A DNA stretch of 64,000 nucleotides from a virus. The position numbers and the translations under genes are program-made. The stretch lies in the IMG/VR virus record IMGVR_UViG_3300042484_002006. One strand, given 5' to 3'. Shown here in pieces: positions 1 through 9,991 of the stretch (position 1 is the first letter of the stretch; each line of letters begins with the position of its first letter). Below the pieces are notes generated by a model. It searched no databases, was not told the origin of the DNA, and worked only from the letters and a program-made list of their open reading frames with translations.

Positions 1-1
1 A

Positions 2-1885
2 ACCGGTTATGTAGATTCTGCCGTAACTGCTGCTACATATAACTTTACTTTAGCAGGCGATTCTGGAACATCACAGACAATTGACGACGCGGAGACTGTA
101 ACCATATCAGGTGGAACTGGGCTTTCATCAATAGCATCATCTACAAATACCATAACCCTACATCTTGACAATACAACAGTTACTGCTGGTTCATATGGTT
201 CAGCTAGTGCAATCCCAACCTTTACGGTTGATGCTCAAGGTCGTTTGACCGCAGCAGGAACAGCTTCTATTTCTACTTCATTTACAGTAGATGCAGACAA
301 CGGTGACAATTTAACAATTTCTGGTGGAGATACCTTCACTATAGTTGGTGGCATAGGCTTAACATCGGTTGCCTCCGCAACTGACAGACTTACTTTAGAT
401 CTTGACAACACTGCAGTAACAGCTGGCTCATACGGCGGTGCTGCATCAGTCGGTAGCTTCACGGTTGACGCTCAGGGTCGTTTAACTGCAGCAAGTTCGA
501 CAACTATAGAAATTGCGCTTGGAACTAATACCAGTGGAAACTATGTGGCAACAATAACTGGTGGAACTGGCGTTACTTCTTCTGCAGCAACAACAGGTGA
601 GGGAACAACTCACACATTATCTATTGGTCAAGATGTAGCAACCTCTGCAAGTGTAACATTTGCAGGGCTTACACTCAATAGTGGAAGCATGGTTTTTGAA
701 GGTGCAACTGCAAATGACTTTGAAACAACTCTTGCAGTCACAGATCCAACTGCAGACCGCACTATCACTCTGCCAGATGCAACAGGTACGGTTGCACTTA
801 CTAATAATAAGCTTTCGGATTTTGCAGCAACTTCCTCAGCAGAACTTGCTGGAATTATATCGGATGAAACTGGTACTGGAGCACTTGTATTTGCTAACAC
901 GCCAACTCTTGTAACGCCAAACATTGGCGCTGCCACTGGCACGTCCCTTGTCCTTTCCGGCGATCTAACAGTTAACGGTACAACAACTACAATCAATTCA
1001 ACTACCGTAACTGTTGACGATAAGAATCTTGAACTTGGCTCAAGCGCCTCTCCGACAGACGCAGGTGCCGATGGTGGTGGCATCACTCTTAAGGGTGATA
1101 CAGACAAGACTTTTAACTGGGTTGATGCAACTGACGCATGGACGTCTTCAGAAAATCTTAATCTTCTGACGGGCAAGTCATTTTTAATTGCTGGAACGTC
1201 TGTACTTTCTGGCTCAACTCTTGGCTCAGGAGTAACTGCCTCAAGCCTTACTTCAGTTGGAATAATTGCAACTGGCACTTGGAATGGCACAACCATAGCA
1301 ATAGCTAATGGTGGAACTGGAGCTACAGATGCTGGAGCAGCTAGAACTGCTCTTGGCCTAGCTATTGGCACTGATGTTCAGGCATACAACGCTACACTCG
1401 CTGCGGTGGCTGGTGGAACCTATTCTGGCGATGACAGTATTACGACTGTAGGAACTATCGCAGTTGGTACCTGGAATGGTACAGTAATCGGTTCAACTTA
1501 TGGTGGAACTGGAGTAAATAATGGAGCTAGTACCATTACTCTTGGTGGCAACCTTGTTACATCTGGAGCTAATGCAATAACTTTCACCTCGACTGGAACA
1601 ACAGGCGTAACTCTTCCAACATCTGGAACTCTTGCCACTTTAGCTGGATTTGAAAGTCTTACAAATAAGACAATTGATTCGTCCAATATAGGCGCAACAA
1701 CTAAAGGCACAGGAGCTTTCACTACCTTAACCTCAAACGGTGCTACAACATTTACTGCAGCAACAGCGTCATCATCTTACACAACTGGTACTTTAGTTGT
1801 GACTGGTGGAATCGGAGTCTCAGGCGCATTGTACGGAAATGGCAGTACATTAAGTGGTTTCTCCATTGATTGTGGAACATTCTAA
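2..1885 (+). CDS. Tail fibre / fibre-like Thr-Gly-Ala-rich virion protein, 5'-truncated (starts before the window)
   Basis: The frame of ORF 245..1885 is open from position 2 (TGYVDSAVTAATYNFTLAGDSG...), so the TTG at 245 is not the true start. The protein is low complexity, with repeated TVTAGSYG..FTVDAQGRLTAA and GTWNGT..GGTG modules typical of phage fibre proteins. Confidence 0.65.
   Translation, partial: TGYVDSAVTAATYNFTLAGDSGTSQTIDDAETVTISGGTGLSSIASSTNTITLHLDNTTVTAGSYGSASAIPTFTVDAQGRLTAAGTASISTSFTVDADNGDNLTISGGDTFTIVGGIGLTSVASATDRLTLDLDNTAVTAGSYGGAASVGSFTVDAQGRLTAASSTTIEIALGTNTSGNYVATITGGTGVTSSAATTGEGTTHTLSIGQDVATSASVTFAGLTLNSGSMVFEGATANDFETTLAVTDPTADRTITLPDATGTVALTNNKLSDFAATSSAELAGIISDETGTGALVFANTPTLVTPNIGAATGTSLVLSGDLTVNGTTTTINSTTVTVDDKNLELGSSASPTDAGADGGGITLKGDTDKTFNWVDATDAWTSSENLNLLTGKSFLIAGTSVLSGSTLGSGVTASSLTSVGIIATGTWNGTTIAIANGGTGATDAGAARTALGLAIGTDVQAYNATLAAVAGGTYSGDDSITTVGTIAVGTWNGTVIGSTYGGTGVNNGASTITLGGNLVTSGANAITFTSTGTTGVTLPTSGTLATLAGFESLTNKTIDSSNIGATTKGTGAFTTLTSNGATTFTAATASSSYTTGTLVVTGGIGVSGALYGNGSTLSGFSIDCGTF
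164..493 (+). repeat. Two ~93-nt intragenic direct repeats (164-256 and 401-493) encoding LDNTxVTAGSYG...FTVDAQGRLTAA
   Basis: Near-identical peptide units 237 nt apart, read directly from the sequence. Confidence 0.85.
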
Positions 1886-1898
1886 TAAAAGGATTTAG

Positions 1899-2351
1899 AT
1901 GCTCTACAATGGAGATATAGCCTATAACCAAGCTCATTTCAATTATAGTGGTGTATATGTAGTTTCTCCTGAGTCTTTTGGAATAACTACTAATTTTGGT
2001 GGCCTAAAAGTATTAGGCGTTATTGTCATATCACCACCGTCTGTAAATAGCACATTAGTTTTTGTTGATAGTCATTCTGTTCTTACCCCAAGTGGAATAT
2101 TAGAAAATACAGAAACTTCATCCTCAATGACATTCGCCATGTTTGACGGTTACGGGTCTTCGGAGATAGATATAATAAACGCAGACGCCTTTGCTATCTC
2201 AAGTCTGGATAGCGAAGAAATATATAGCTCTGGCTATATAGCAATATCAATAGATAAGAATGAAGCTTATGCTATTTCCAGTGCAGAAAGTATTATTCTA
2301 GAGGACAATTCAGCTGGAACAATTAACGTTACTATTATATCTAACGCATAA
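1899..2351 (+). CDS. Hypothetical acidic protein (150 aa), probably virion-associated
   Basis: ORF with AAGGA RBS-like sequence upstream, within the structural operon. No recognisable motif. Confidence 0.6.
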   Translation: MLYNGDIAYNQAHFNYSGVYVVSPESFGITTNFGGLKVLGVIVISPPSVNSTLVFVDSHSVLTPSGILENTETSSSMTFAMFDGYGSSEIDIINADAFAISSLDSEEIYSSGYIAISIDKNEAYAISSAESIILEDNSAGTINVTIISNA

Positions 2352-2366
2352 ACCAAGAGGTAAAAA

Positions 2367-3245
2367 ATGTCAACAGATAGAGTTGTAGTCAGTGACACAG
2401 TTAGAATAACTGTAAAATTTAAAGATATTGACGCCAATGGAAATGAAGTAGCATTATCTCCTGTAGCCAATCCACAAGTAATAATAAAAAACTCTTCCAA
2501 TGCGACTGTCGTTACAGATACTTCTAGTCAAATATCTAGTTCAATATTTTACTTTGATTACACTCCAACTATAGCTGATACATATACAGTTAAGTTTACT
2601 GGCATATTAGCTAATTCTAATACTGTAGTTATAGAACAAAGATTATACGTTAGTTCCACAGTAGAAGAATATCAGCCAACAGTAACTCTCAAAAATGATG
2701 AGACTATTACTTTTGCCCCAGATGTGGCACCTCTTTACATCGACCCTGAGCAATTACTCTCTTATTTCCCTGACGCAACGATGTTAGAAATAGGCGAAAT
2801 TGCCCACAACTTCTCTAATGAGGTTAAAGGCATCTATAGTCTCATAGAGACCGACGACGGTAGTGATCTGTCATTTATTGTATATGAATACATTAAAGCT
2901 GCTACAGCGTGTGAGCTAAGTAGAACATACGGTTATGGCAGTGATGATGAAATATCTATAAGCCTTGGGGATTTTAGCCTCACAAATAAGTCTATACCAA
3001 GGAATAAAGTTACAAGAGACAATGCCACGACATGGTGCCAAATTGCCACAGCTCTTAGAAAAGAAATGTTATCAAATAGAGTTAGTCCAATGGGATTCCA
3101 GATGAAAGGCTTACCAAGTGCTGGTCCGTTTTATTCTGGTGGACAAATTGCCCATCTTACTGATAGAGATTTATATGGTGTAGTAAGAACTGTCCCAGCG
3201 AGTCATGACCCTATGCCCAATAGAGGTTTGAGAAGCCGTGATTGA
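2367..3245 (+). CDS. Putative head-tail connector/neck protein with N-terminal Ig-like domain
   Basis: Beta-rich N-terminus (VRITVKF...YFDYTP...YTVKFTG). The C-terminus EYIKAATACELSR...ISISLGDFSLT resembles SPP1 gp15-like adaptors. It lies just upstream of a head-closure-like gene. Confidence 0.5.
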   Translation: MSTDRVVVSDTVRITVKFKDIDANGNEVALSPVANPQVIIKNSSNATVVTDTSSQISSSIFYFDYTPTIADTYTVKFTGILANSNTVVIEQRLYVSSTVEEYQPTVTLKNDETITFAPDVAPLYIDPEQLLSYFPDATMLEIGEIAHNFSNEVKGIYSLIETDDGSDLSFIVYEYIKAATACELSRTYGYGSDDEISISLGDFSLTNKSIPRNKVTRDNATTWCQIATALRKEMLSNRVSPMGFQMKGLPSAGPFYSGGQIAHLTDRDLYGVVRTVPASHDPMPNRGLRSRD

Positions 3246-3609
3246 TGTCAAGAAAACTTTCAAAAAGATTCTTAGAGAATGGGGACATAACGTTCATATT
3301 CAAAGAATACTTGCAAATGGAAATCATTATAATCAATTCGAGTTAGTCACAACTAGGCAGGTTGGCCAATCGGGGGCCGTGAATTCTAATTCAACACAAG
3401 AATATGATGAAGGTCTTTTGACAAAATATGATGCAGTATATTATTTTGAAGACATCGTTTACCCTAAAGAGGGTGATAGAATATATGAGAATTATTCCGC
3501 CAAAGCAACAAAAAACTATACAATGTTCAAGATTGATGCTATCACTGCAGTAAGAGGCAGACATGGTAAGATTAATTATTGGATAGTTGGCGCAACTAGA
3601 GAGAAATAA
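3238..3609 (+). CDS. Putative head-closure protein (SPP1 gp16-like)
   Basis: 123 aa with the pattern FKKILREWGHNV...YYFE...PKEGDRIYE...FKIDAI..VRG..GKINYW. Size and position fit. GTG start overlaps the upstream stop. Confidence 0.55.
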   Translation: MIDVKKTFKKILREWGHNVHIQRILANGNHYNQFELVTTRQVGQSGAVNSNSTQEYDEGLLTKYDAVYYFEDIVYPKEGDRIYENYSAKATKNYTMFKIDAITAVRGRHGKINYWIVGATREK

Positions 3610-3610
3610 T

Positions 3611-5206
3611 ATGTTAATAGTTAGCAGAGGTCAGTCGGTACAATTTAAATTTATATTTATTTCAGAAGGAAATATATATGACCCAACCGCCAATTCAACA
3701 CCAGTAGACATATATTTTTCTGTTATTAGAGGAGAGTATGGTAGCGGTCCAGTAATAGATGGTCCATATTCTTATCTAATTCAAGAAGAAAATCCTTCAG
3801 GACCTATTTATATTGAAAAAAGTAATTCTAAAGAATTTACTTTTTATTACCAAATTCCAGATAAATTATATGAGGGAATTTATTCTGTTATTGCACAAAC
3901 AACTAACTCCACTGGAAATTTAAACATAAGTGCAAAGTTTCAAGTTAAAGGTGAAGTATCGACTTTAAGTCCAATAGTTATTTCCCCAAATAAAAGTACC
4001 GTAGTAAACTATAAGCCAAGTTATGAACAGTTAAACTCAAATAATACTAGTACGATTTTATTAATTGGCCACGCAAATGGAATGGAATTTAATAACCCCG
4101 TTAATGTTAGGTCAATGCAAAGTGCTATTGATCTTCTTGGAGCAGATCTTTCTAGTCCTTTATTAAGAGGAGTATTTGACGCATACGCGGCTGGCGCCAG
4201 AGACATTATGATTTGTGCAACAGCTCCAATGTCAGAATATGTAGATAAATATTCAGATAGGAATACTTCCAATACTCTATTCGACAGAAATGCTGCCACA
4301 CCCAGCGAATATACTTTTTATGAAAGATATTACGAAAGATTAGAAGAAACATATTCAATAATTAAAGATTTAGATTTTATTGATATTATTGTTCCATTAG
4401 AAACTTCCATTATTAAAACAGGTGGAGTTGATTTTATAACTCAGTTAGCTGATTATTGCGCAGATTTTCATAATACAACCGGCTATGTACAAATTGGAGT
4501 AATAGGATCAAGAAGTGGTGGAGTAATATCTTCAGATATTGACCTGTTGGAAGCAAATTCTATTTTAACAGATAAATTAACCACTACAAATACGACTGGT
4601 CAAATCTCTTCAGATAATGGAAGATTTGTTATTCCAGTATATGGCGAAGCTGTGTATCAGCATGATCAAATAAAGACATCTTATGTTTCATCTATAGCAG
4701 CATCACTAGCTGGAATGTTGGCATCAAGACCTCTCAATATGGGTCTCATCAGAACAAGAATACCAGGAGCCATGTCTTTATATGGATCAGACTTATCTCA
4801 ATCCGAATACAAAAGATTAGATGATATAGGAGTTAATAGCATATATAGAGGTAAGAAGACTAGAAGATCCGTTCCATTTGAAGTTTATTTAACTAACGAA
4901 TACACACTTTCTCATCCAGAATCTACTTTGCATAAAGCAGCACAAATGAGACTTGTAGCTCTCCTAGTCAGTAGAATTAGAGGATATGGGTATAAGGCTA
5001 TTGGCCAACTCGGATATGATAAAGTTGTAGATGATGTAAGATCTTTATTAGAGTCTTTAAAGAGCGATAAAATTATAGTTAATTATTCTTTTAACATAGA
5101 AGTAAGTAGTACCACTGTTGGAAGTATAATATTCTACATAGAAGTTCTTTCTGCCCTAGGGTTAAAGAAAATTGACTTTGCTTTATCAACAGGACCAGGA
5201 GTTTAA
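3611..5206 (+). CDS. Tail-sheath-like protein (second sheath paralogue) with N-terminal Ig-like domain
   Basis: ATG at 3611 lies right after the previous stop (track start 3587). From about 4045 there are sheath-like motifs: ILLIGHA, AIDLLG..SPLLRG.FDAY.AGARDI, AASLAGMLAS, LDDIGVNSI, RLVALLVSRIR, and a C-terminal beta-sheet (VNYSFNIEV...IIFYIEV). Confidence 0.6.
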   Translation: MLIVSRGQSVQFKFIFISEGNIYDPTANSTPVDIYFSVIRGEYGSGPVIDGPYSYLIQEENPSGPIYIEKSNSKEFTFYYQIPDKLYEGIYSVIAQTTNSTGNLNISAKFQVKGEVSTLSPIVISPNKSTVVNYKPSYEQLNSNNTSTILLIGHANGMEFNNPVNVRSMQSAIDLLGADLSSPLLRGVFDAYAAGARDIMICATAPMSEYVDKYSDRNTSNTLFDRNAATPSEYTFYERYYERLEETYSIIKDLDFIDIIVPLETSIIKTGGVDFITQLADYCADFHNTTGYVQIGVIGSRSGGVISSDIDLLEANSILTDKLTTTNTTGQISSDNGRFVIPVYGEAVYQHDQIKTSYVSSIAASLAGMLASRPLNMGLIRTRIPGAMSLYGSDLSQSEYKRLDDIGVNSIYRGKKTRRSVPFEVYLTNEYTLSHPESTLHKAAQMRLVALLVSRIRGYGYKAIGQLGYDKVVDDVRSLLESLKSDKIIVNYSFNIEVSSTTVGSIIFYIEVLSALGLKKIDFALSTGPGV

Positions 5207-5207
5207 T

Positions 5208-6104
5208 ATGGCATATATAAATAGAGGCTTTCCTTCTCACGGAAGAAAAAGTAGATTTACTGAACCAATTTGGGCTAGTCAACTAAAAGATTCAGTACTC
5301 CAATCTCCAGGCTACCGAAGACTGGATGAGAATGGCGTAGAAGAAATATATTCCGGTAATCTAAGCTATCTTGAATTTATAGGTTTAGTTAAAAAAGTAT
5401 GGGAAGAAAGTTATCCGACAATACCAATCTTACCCAGTGGCATAAATAGAGAAACTAGTAGTACGTATTCAGATACTATGGCATCTAGTACACAAGTTAG
5501 TGAAATATCTTCTTCGCCACCATCATCAAGTTCTGGATTAGCATCCTTAGATGAATTCCCAGCAATTATTGTTTATTCTTTGGAATTAAGAAAAACTCAT
5601 ACTACAGAGCCAAAGCCTAGAATGAGACAAAATGTATTGGAAAATACGGTAACAGTCTATGGTCAAAAATTCCAAAATATAGTTTCATTTTCAGTTCTTA
5701 CAAAAGTAGGAACATTCCAGAATAATAATATTACGACAACCAGAGATGACCTTGACGCGTCAGTTCTATCCGATCAAGTCATAGAAGCCTTTGAAGATTT
5801 TATGTTGGAATATACTCCAATTTTCAAAGCTGCGGGTGTTTCAGAATTAGTTTATTCTAGAAGACTTTCCGATTCGGAAATAAATAGAGATGGTAAAGAT
5901 CTCCATAAAAGAACCGTAACCTACATGCTAACTACAGAAAAAACATTTGCGATTAAGAATGACAGAATTCAGCAGATCGCCGTGGATGCAAGAACTTGGA
6001 TGGCTTACGAGAAGAGTATTGTTGAATCATTGGCTACACCAAATTTTGAAGATGTGACTATAAATATAGTTGACTTAGAACAATCTGCTACTCCAAGCGA
6101 CTAG
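5208..6104 (+). CDS. Putative tail terminator / tail completion protein
   Basis: AGGAG at 5197-5201 precedes ATG 5208 (track start 5172). Pattern FPAIIVYS...YGQKFQNIVSFSV...FEDFMLEY...RTVTY, and position immediately before the sheath gene. Confidence 0.45.
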   Translation: MAYINRGFPSHGRKSRFTEPIWASQLKDSVLQSPGYRRLDENGVEEIYSGNLSYLEFIGLVKKVWEESYPTIPILPSGINRETSSTYSDTMASSTQVSEISSSPPSSSSGLASLDEFPAIIVYSLELRKTHTTEPKPRMRQNVLENTVTVYGQKFQNIVSFSVLTKVGTFQNNNITTTRDDLDASVLSDQVIEAFEDFMLEYTPIFKAAGVSELVYSRRLSDSEINRDGKDLHKRTVTYMLTTEKTFAIKNDRIQQIAVDARTWMAYEKSIVESLATPNFEDVTINIVDLEQSATPSD

Positions 6105-6163
6105 TTAAACCTATATATTTATCTTGAGATAAAATCTTTGTGAAGTTGTTTTTATAACTTACC

Positions 6164-6176
6164 TGTTACTATAAAT
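6164..6176 (+). promoter_or_regulatory. Putative promoter TGTTACTATAAAT (extended -10-like; TACTATAA motif) upstream of the sheath gene
   Basis: Located in the 113-nt intergenic gap, 41 nt before the sheath start. The same TACTATAA core recurs in two other intergenic gaps (58719, 59910). Confidence 0.5.
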
Positions 6177-6217
6177 GAAGATTCTAAAAGATTCCTAATC
6201 GGAGGTCTAAAAATAAT

Positions 6218-7489
6218 ATGGCTATACCTGGAGTAACAACCTTAATAAGAGATCGTTTTTACAGTGTGTCGAGACAAGATGCACCTGTTGGTCCGAGAAT
6301 TGTCACCATTGCAAAGCGCAGCACAGCTGACGGTACTGGTGGGGTCCCCGACCTTGACGTAGTTAGAGTATCGAACGAAGCTGATGCAATCACCGCATTC
6401 GGTAGTGGATCAGACGCACACCGTGCGTTTGTTGAATTGGTCACCGCTGGCGCTGAAAGAATTTTCATTGTCCCGCTTCCAAGTGATACAGTATTTGACC
6501 ACACACTATGTACAGTAACAAGTGCAACTTTTGGTGGATCTGTTTTTGATGCAGCCTTCATTGCAGCAGAATCAGCAGTCCCCGACATGATCATTCCTTG
6601 GGGTCGTGGCGCAGAAGCAAATGACTGGAACGCAAATGCTGCCACGCCTAGTGATGACAGAGAATATGGCTTCCACGCTGATAATAACAGCGCCTATGCA
6701 ACAAATTGGGCCTACAAAGTCGGAGTTGCCGTTAAGTCAATTTCAGAAAACACAAATCCCTGTTTAGGAATCATGGGCGTTAAGCCTTTCTTGGCAAGTA
6801 CGACTCTTGGTGGCACTAATACTAACGAAAGAATGACACCAAGTCAAACAGCGACAAAAATTGCCTTGTCAGGATTGCCAGACAGAGACGCAGGCGACGC
6901 CTGGAAGTCAGTCGGACCATACATTTCAATTATTGCCACTGAAATTAAGCCAGTTAATTACAAGTCGGGAACAACAGATTTTGGTTACTCAAATGGCGCA
7001 GCATTCTTGGCAGCTTCATTGAGCAGACTGCCTTCGTATAGTTCAGTGGTCAATAAACCACTTTATAATATCGAAGCTCTTCGTTACGCCCCCACAAGAA
7101 CTCAGCAGCAAGCCTTGAGTGCAAAGGGAGTTAATACTGTTGTTCTCAACTTTAATAAAGTAGCAGTATTTGGTGAAGGTTTGACATTCGGTCAGACAAC
7201 ATCAGACTACACGCGTTTGTCAACAAAAAGAATTGTTGACGAAGCTTCTCTTGTCATTAGACAAGTTTGCCAGAAGTTTATTGGTGAGCCATCGAACATT
7301 CAAGTTCGCAATGCGATGGAAACAGCAATTACTTCCGGTCTAAGAGGAATGCAGCTCATGGGTGCTTTATTGGGAAGCGATTTTACAGTTTCGTATGTTC
7401 CCAATCAGAATAAAGCGATTGTTGACCTCATTTTAACACCTGCCTTCGAACTTAAAACAATCGAAGTCCAGGTAGCCATTAACTTATAA
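6218..7489 (+). CDS. Major tail sheath protein
   Basis: Strong GGAGG RBS. Sheath C-terminal motifs LSAKGVNTVV, TRLSTKRIVD, KFIGEPSN..VRNAM, VDLILTPAFELKTIEV. Followed directly by the tube gene. Confidence 0.85.
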   Translation: MAIPGVTTLIRDRFYSVSRQDAPVGPRIVTIAKRSTADGTGGVPDLDVVRVSNEADAITAFGSGSDAHRAFVELVTAGAERIFIVPLPSDTVFDHTLCTVTSATFGGSVFDAAFIAAESAVPDMIIPWGRGAEANDWNANAATPSDDREYGFHADNNSAYATNWAYKVGVAVKSISENTNPCLGIMGVKPFLASTTLGGTNTNERMTPSQTATKIALSGLPDRDAGDAWKSVGPYISIIATEIKPVNYKSGTTDFGYSNGAAFLAASLSRLPSYSSVVNKPLYNIEALRYAPTRTQQQALSAKGVNTVVLNFNKVAVFGEGLTFGQTTSDYTRLSTKRIVDEASLVIRQVCQKFIGEPSNIQVRNAMETAITSGLRGMQLMGALLGSDFTVSYVPNQNKAIVDLILTPAFELKTIEVQVAINL

Positions 7490-7514
7490 TATACCGATTG
7501 GAGGGTAATTCAAA

Positions 7515-8192
7515 ATGGCAACTGAAGATTATACATCAGTAAATAAATACCTAAATACCTACACCACCTTCTCAGGTGCAGACATTGTAGCCACTTTTGG
7601 CGGAATTGAAATTGGTGCTCTTTCGGGCATTACTTTCTCTGTCACCAGAGAAAAAGCTCCCATTTATACAATGGGTTCACCTAATCCTCGTTCATTCTCA
7701 AGAGGCAAAAGAGGTATTGCAGGCTCATTGATTTTCACAGTTTTTGATCGCCCAGCGTTGTACACAATGTTGGACAAGAACCGTGCAAATGGTGACCCAA
7801 CACAGGTCTTCTACACAAGAAGTCATAATGCACTTCCTGGTGATACCGCTTACAAGTATCGCGGAATAGCTGATGTTAATGATCAGGCTCTCAGTGTTGT
7901 AAAGAAAGTTCCTTACTACGCTGACCAGATTCCTCCCTTTGATATTACTATCACATTTGTAAACGAGTATGGCCAAGCTGCCGTTAGATCAATCTACGGT
8001 GTTGAACTTTTGAACGAAGGTTCAGGCGCCTCGATGGATGACATCGTCATTGAAGAAACAATGACTTATGTTGCTCGTGAGCTCGGCCCGATGTACACAA
8101 TCAAAACAGATGGTCTCATCGACAACGCTGACGTCGATGCTCTTGACTTCATTCAGTCAAACGCTCTTAAGTCAGATATCATCAGACCCTGA
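7515..8192 (+). CDS. Major tail tube protein
   Basis: GGAGG RBS, follows the sheath gene and precedes a terminator. Motifs TFSGADIVA, ITFSVTREKAPIYTMG, RGIAGSLIF, PPFDITITF.NEYG. Confidence 0.75.
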   Translation: MATEDYTSVNKYLNTYTTFSGADIVATFGGIEIGALSGITFSVTREKAPIYTMGSPNPRSFSRGKRGIAGSLIFTVFDRPALYTMLDKNRANGDPTQVFYTRSHNALPGDTAYKYRGIADVNDQALSVVKKVPYYADQIPPFDITITFVNEYGQAAVRSIYGVELLNEGSGASMDDIVIEETMTYVARELGPMYTIKTDGLIDNADVDALDFIQSNALKSDIIRP

Positions 8193-8216
8193 TAGAAACT
8201 ACTCTAGGTTGACAGG

Positions 8217-8254
8217 TGTGCACGGGGGATCTTCTCCCGTGCACATTTCATTTT
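8217..8254 (+). terminator. Rho-independent terminator after the tail tube gene
   Basis: Stem TGTGCACGGG (8217-8226) pairs with CCCGTGCACA (8236-8245), extendable by 3 bp, and is followed by TTTCATTTT. Confidence 0.85.
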
Positions 8255-8268
8255 AAGGATAATAAATA

Positions 8269-9003
8269 ATGACTAAAATTTTTACTGGAAAACCAAAAAT
8301 TATTGTTGAACCGCCACAAGACAGTGAACCTCGTGGTACTTACGATCCTAAATCTTCTTTTCAAAACATATCATTTTCAGGCGCAGATGCAGTAGCGACA
8401 ATGATTATACCAGTCATAGGGGAAGATGGAAAAATCACTAATGATGGCGATGTTATTGAACTAGGCGAACTGCAAACATTGTCATATTCAATACATAGAG
8501 AAAATTCGCCTATTAGAACTCTTGGACACGTAAATGTAAGAGGCTTCATTAAGGGTGGCAGAACAATAGCTGGAAGTTTAATATTTACCGTATTTAATGA
8601 GTATGCGTTCTATAAAATTAAAAAATATAGAGAACTACTCGCAAGAAGAAATGGTTTTTTTGCTCCTTTAGCAGACATGCTACCCCCATTTGATATAGTA
8701 ATTTCTTTCTTTAATGAATATGGTCAATCTGCCAAAATGAAGATATTCGGCATTACTATTGTAGATGAAGGTCAAACAATATCAATTGATGACTTAATTA
8801 CAGAACAGACATACACCTATATGGCTCGTGGAATTCAACCAATGGTTAAGATGGATATTAGTTCTGAACTAGACTCAACTAGAGATCCAGCAGTAGTCCA
8901 AAGAGATGTCCAAATATCTAGAAATATATTTGGTGATGAAGCAGTAGATAAAATATCTGAATTTTATAATCAAAATATGATAGAACGTATCGTGAGACAG
9001 TAG
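8269..9003 (+). CDS. Tail-tube-like protein, paralogue 2
   Basis: Aligns by eye with 7515..8192: SFSGADAVA, LSYSIHRENSPIRTLG, RTIAGSLIFTVF, LPPFDIVISFFNEYG. Confidence 0.7.
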   Translation: MTKIFTGKPKIIVEPPQDSEPRGTYDPKSSFQNISFSGADAVATMIIPVIGEDGKITNDGDVIELGELQTLSYSIHRENSPIRTLGHVNVRGFIKGGRTIAGSLIFTVFNEYAFYKIKKYRELLARRNGFFAPLADMLPPFDIVISFFNEYGQSAKMKIFGITIVDEGQTISIDDLITEQTYTYMARGIQPMVKMDISSELDSTRDPAVVQRDVQISRNIFGDEAVDKISEFYNQNMIERIVRQ

Positions 9004-9009
9004 GTAATA

Positions 9010-9975
9010 ATGCCAGATCCAAGATTGGATAATAAAAAGTTTTGGAAATTTGATAAAGAATATGATCCATTATCAAATCACATAGATAGAGTCTGGGCCG
9101 GTAGAGCGCCAGATAATGATAAAACTTTTAATAATTACTATGATTATTACTTTAGTGGAGAAGATGTAAAAGTATACATTGATGGTCTTTTTGGGCCAGA
9201 AGACGAACTAGATATTGCCTCCTTTGCATACTCGGTAAGGCAAGAGAAGCAACCTGTCTACGGATTCTGGTCATACAATTATGATACCGTAATGCTGGGT
9301 TCTAGAATTATTAGTGGCGAAATAACTATATTTACTAGATATCCACGCAGAATGACAGAACTATTAGAGAAAGCAGCAAAGTCTCGAGTTACGAATAAAG
9401 ATGTTAGAACACCAAAAGACACAATTATTTCACGATTAGATTCACAACTTTCTTCAGATGATGAAAGTAACATAGAAAAATATTGGGCTTACAGTCAATT
9501 GGATAGAATAACTTCTGACCCAGCAGTTTCTGGATTTGACACTAAAAACCTATTCAGCGCACATCCACCATTTAATTTTGTTATCTTGTATGGATTAGAG
9601 GAAACAGCCCTAAGTCCATTTAGCGCAAATGCGTCTGAAGATACAAGTACTTCTAGTTATTTGAATAACCAAATGTCCTTTGATGTTAACCAAAGAAGTA
9701 TTAAAATGGATAATAAAGTCAGCCCAATGAAAATAATACTCCAGCAAGTCAACTTAATGAATATGTCAACCAACTATAGCCCAGGTGGGCAACCCGTTGC
9801 CGAGAGCTATCAATTTATAGCTAGAGATTTTTATTTTACTGAAGCAAAACTTGATTTCATAAAAGGAATGTCTGCAAATAATATTTCAGATTCTGACGCA
9901 CCATCTAACGCTAATCCTGGCTCGCCCACGCAGGAGCAGGTAATGGGTGATCCAAACACAAGTTATAATGGTTAA
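9010..9975 (+). CDS. Tail-tube-like protein, paralogue 3 (possible tube initiator)
   Basis: More diverged copy of the tube motifs: YFSGEDVKV, FAYSVRQEKQPVYGF, RIISGEITI, HPPFNFVILYG, ESYQFIARD. Confidence 0.6.
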   Translation: MPDPRLDNKKFWKFDKEYDPLSNHIDRVWAGRAPDNDKTFNNYYDYYFSGEDVKVYIDGLFGPEDELDIASFAYSVRQEKQPVYGFWSYNYDTVMLGSRIISGEITIFTRYPRRMTELLEKAAKSRVTNKDVRTPKDTIISRLDSQLSSDDESNIEKYWAYSQLDRITSDPAVSGFDTKNLFSAHPPFNFVILYGLEETALSPFSANASEDTSTSSYLNNQMSFDVNQRSIKMDNKVSPMKIILQQVNLMNMSTNYSPGGQPVAESYQFIARDFYFTEAKLDFIKGMSANNISDSDAPSNANPGSPTQEQVMGDPNTSYNG

Positions 9976-9991
9976 TTTTAGTGATTTATAA

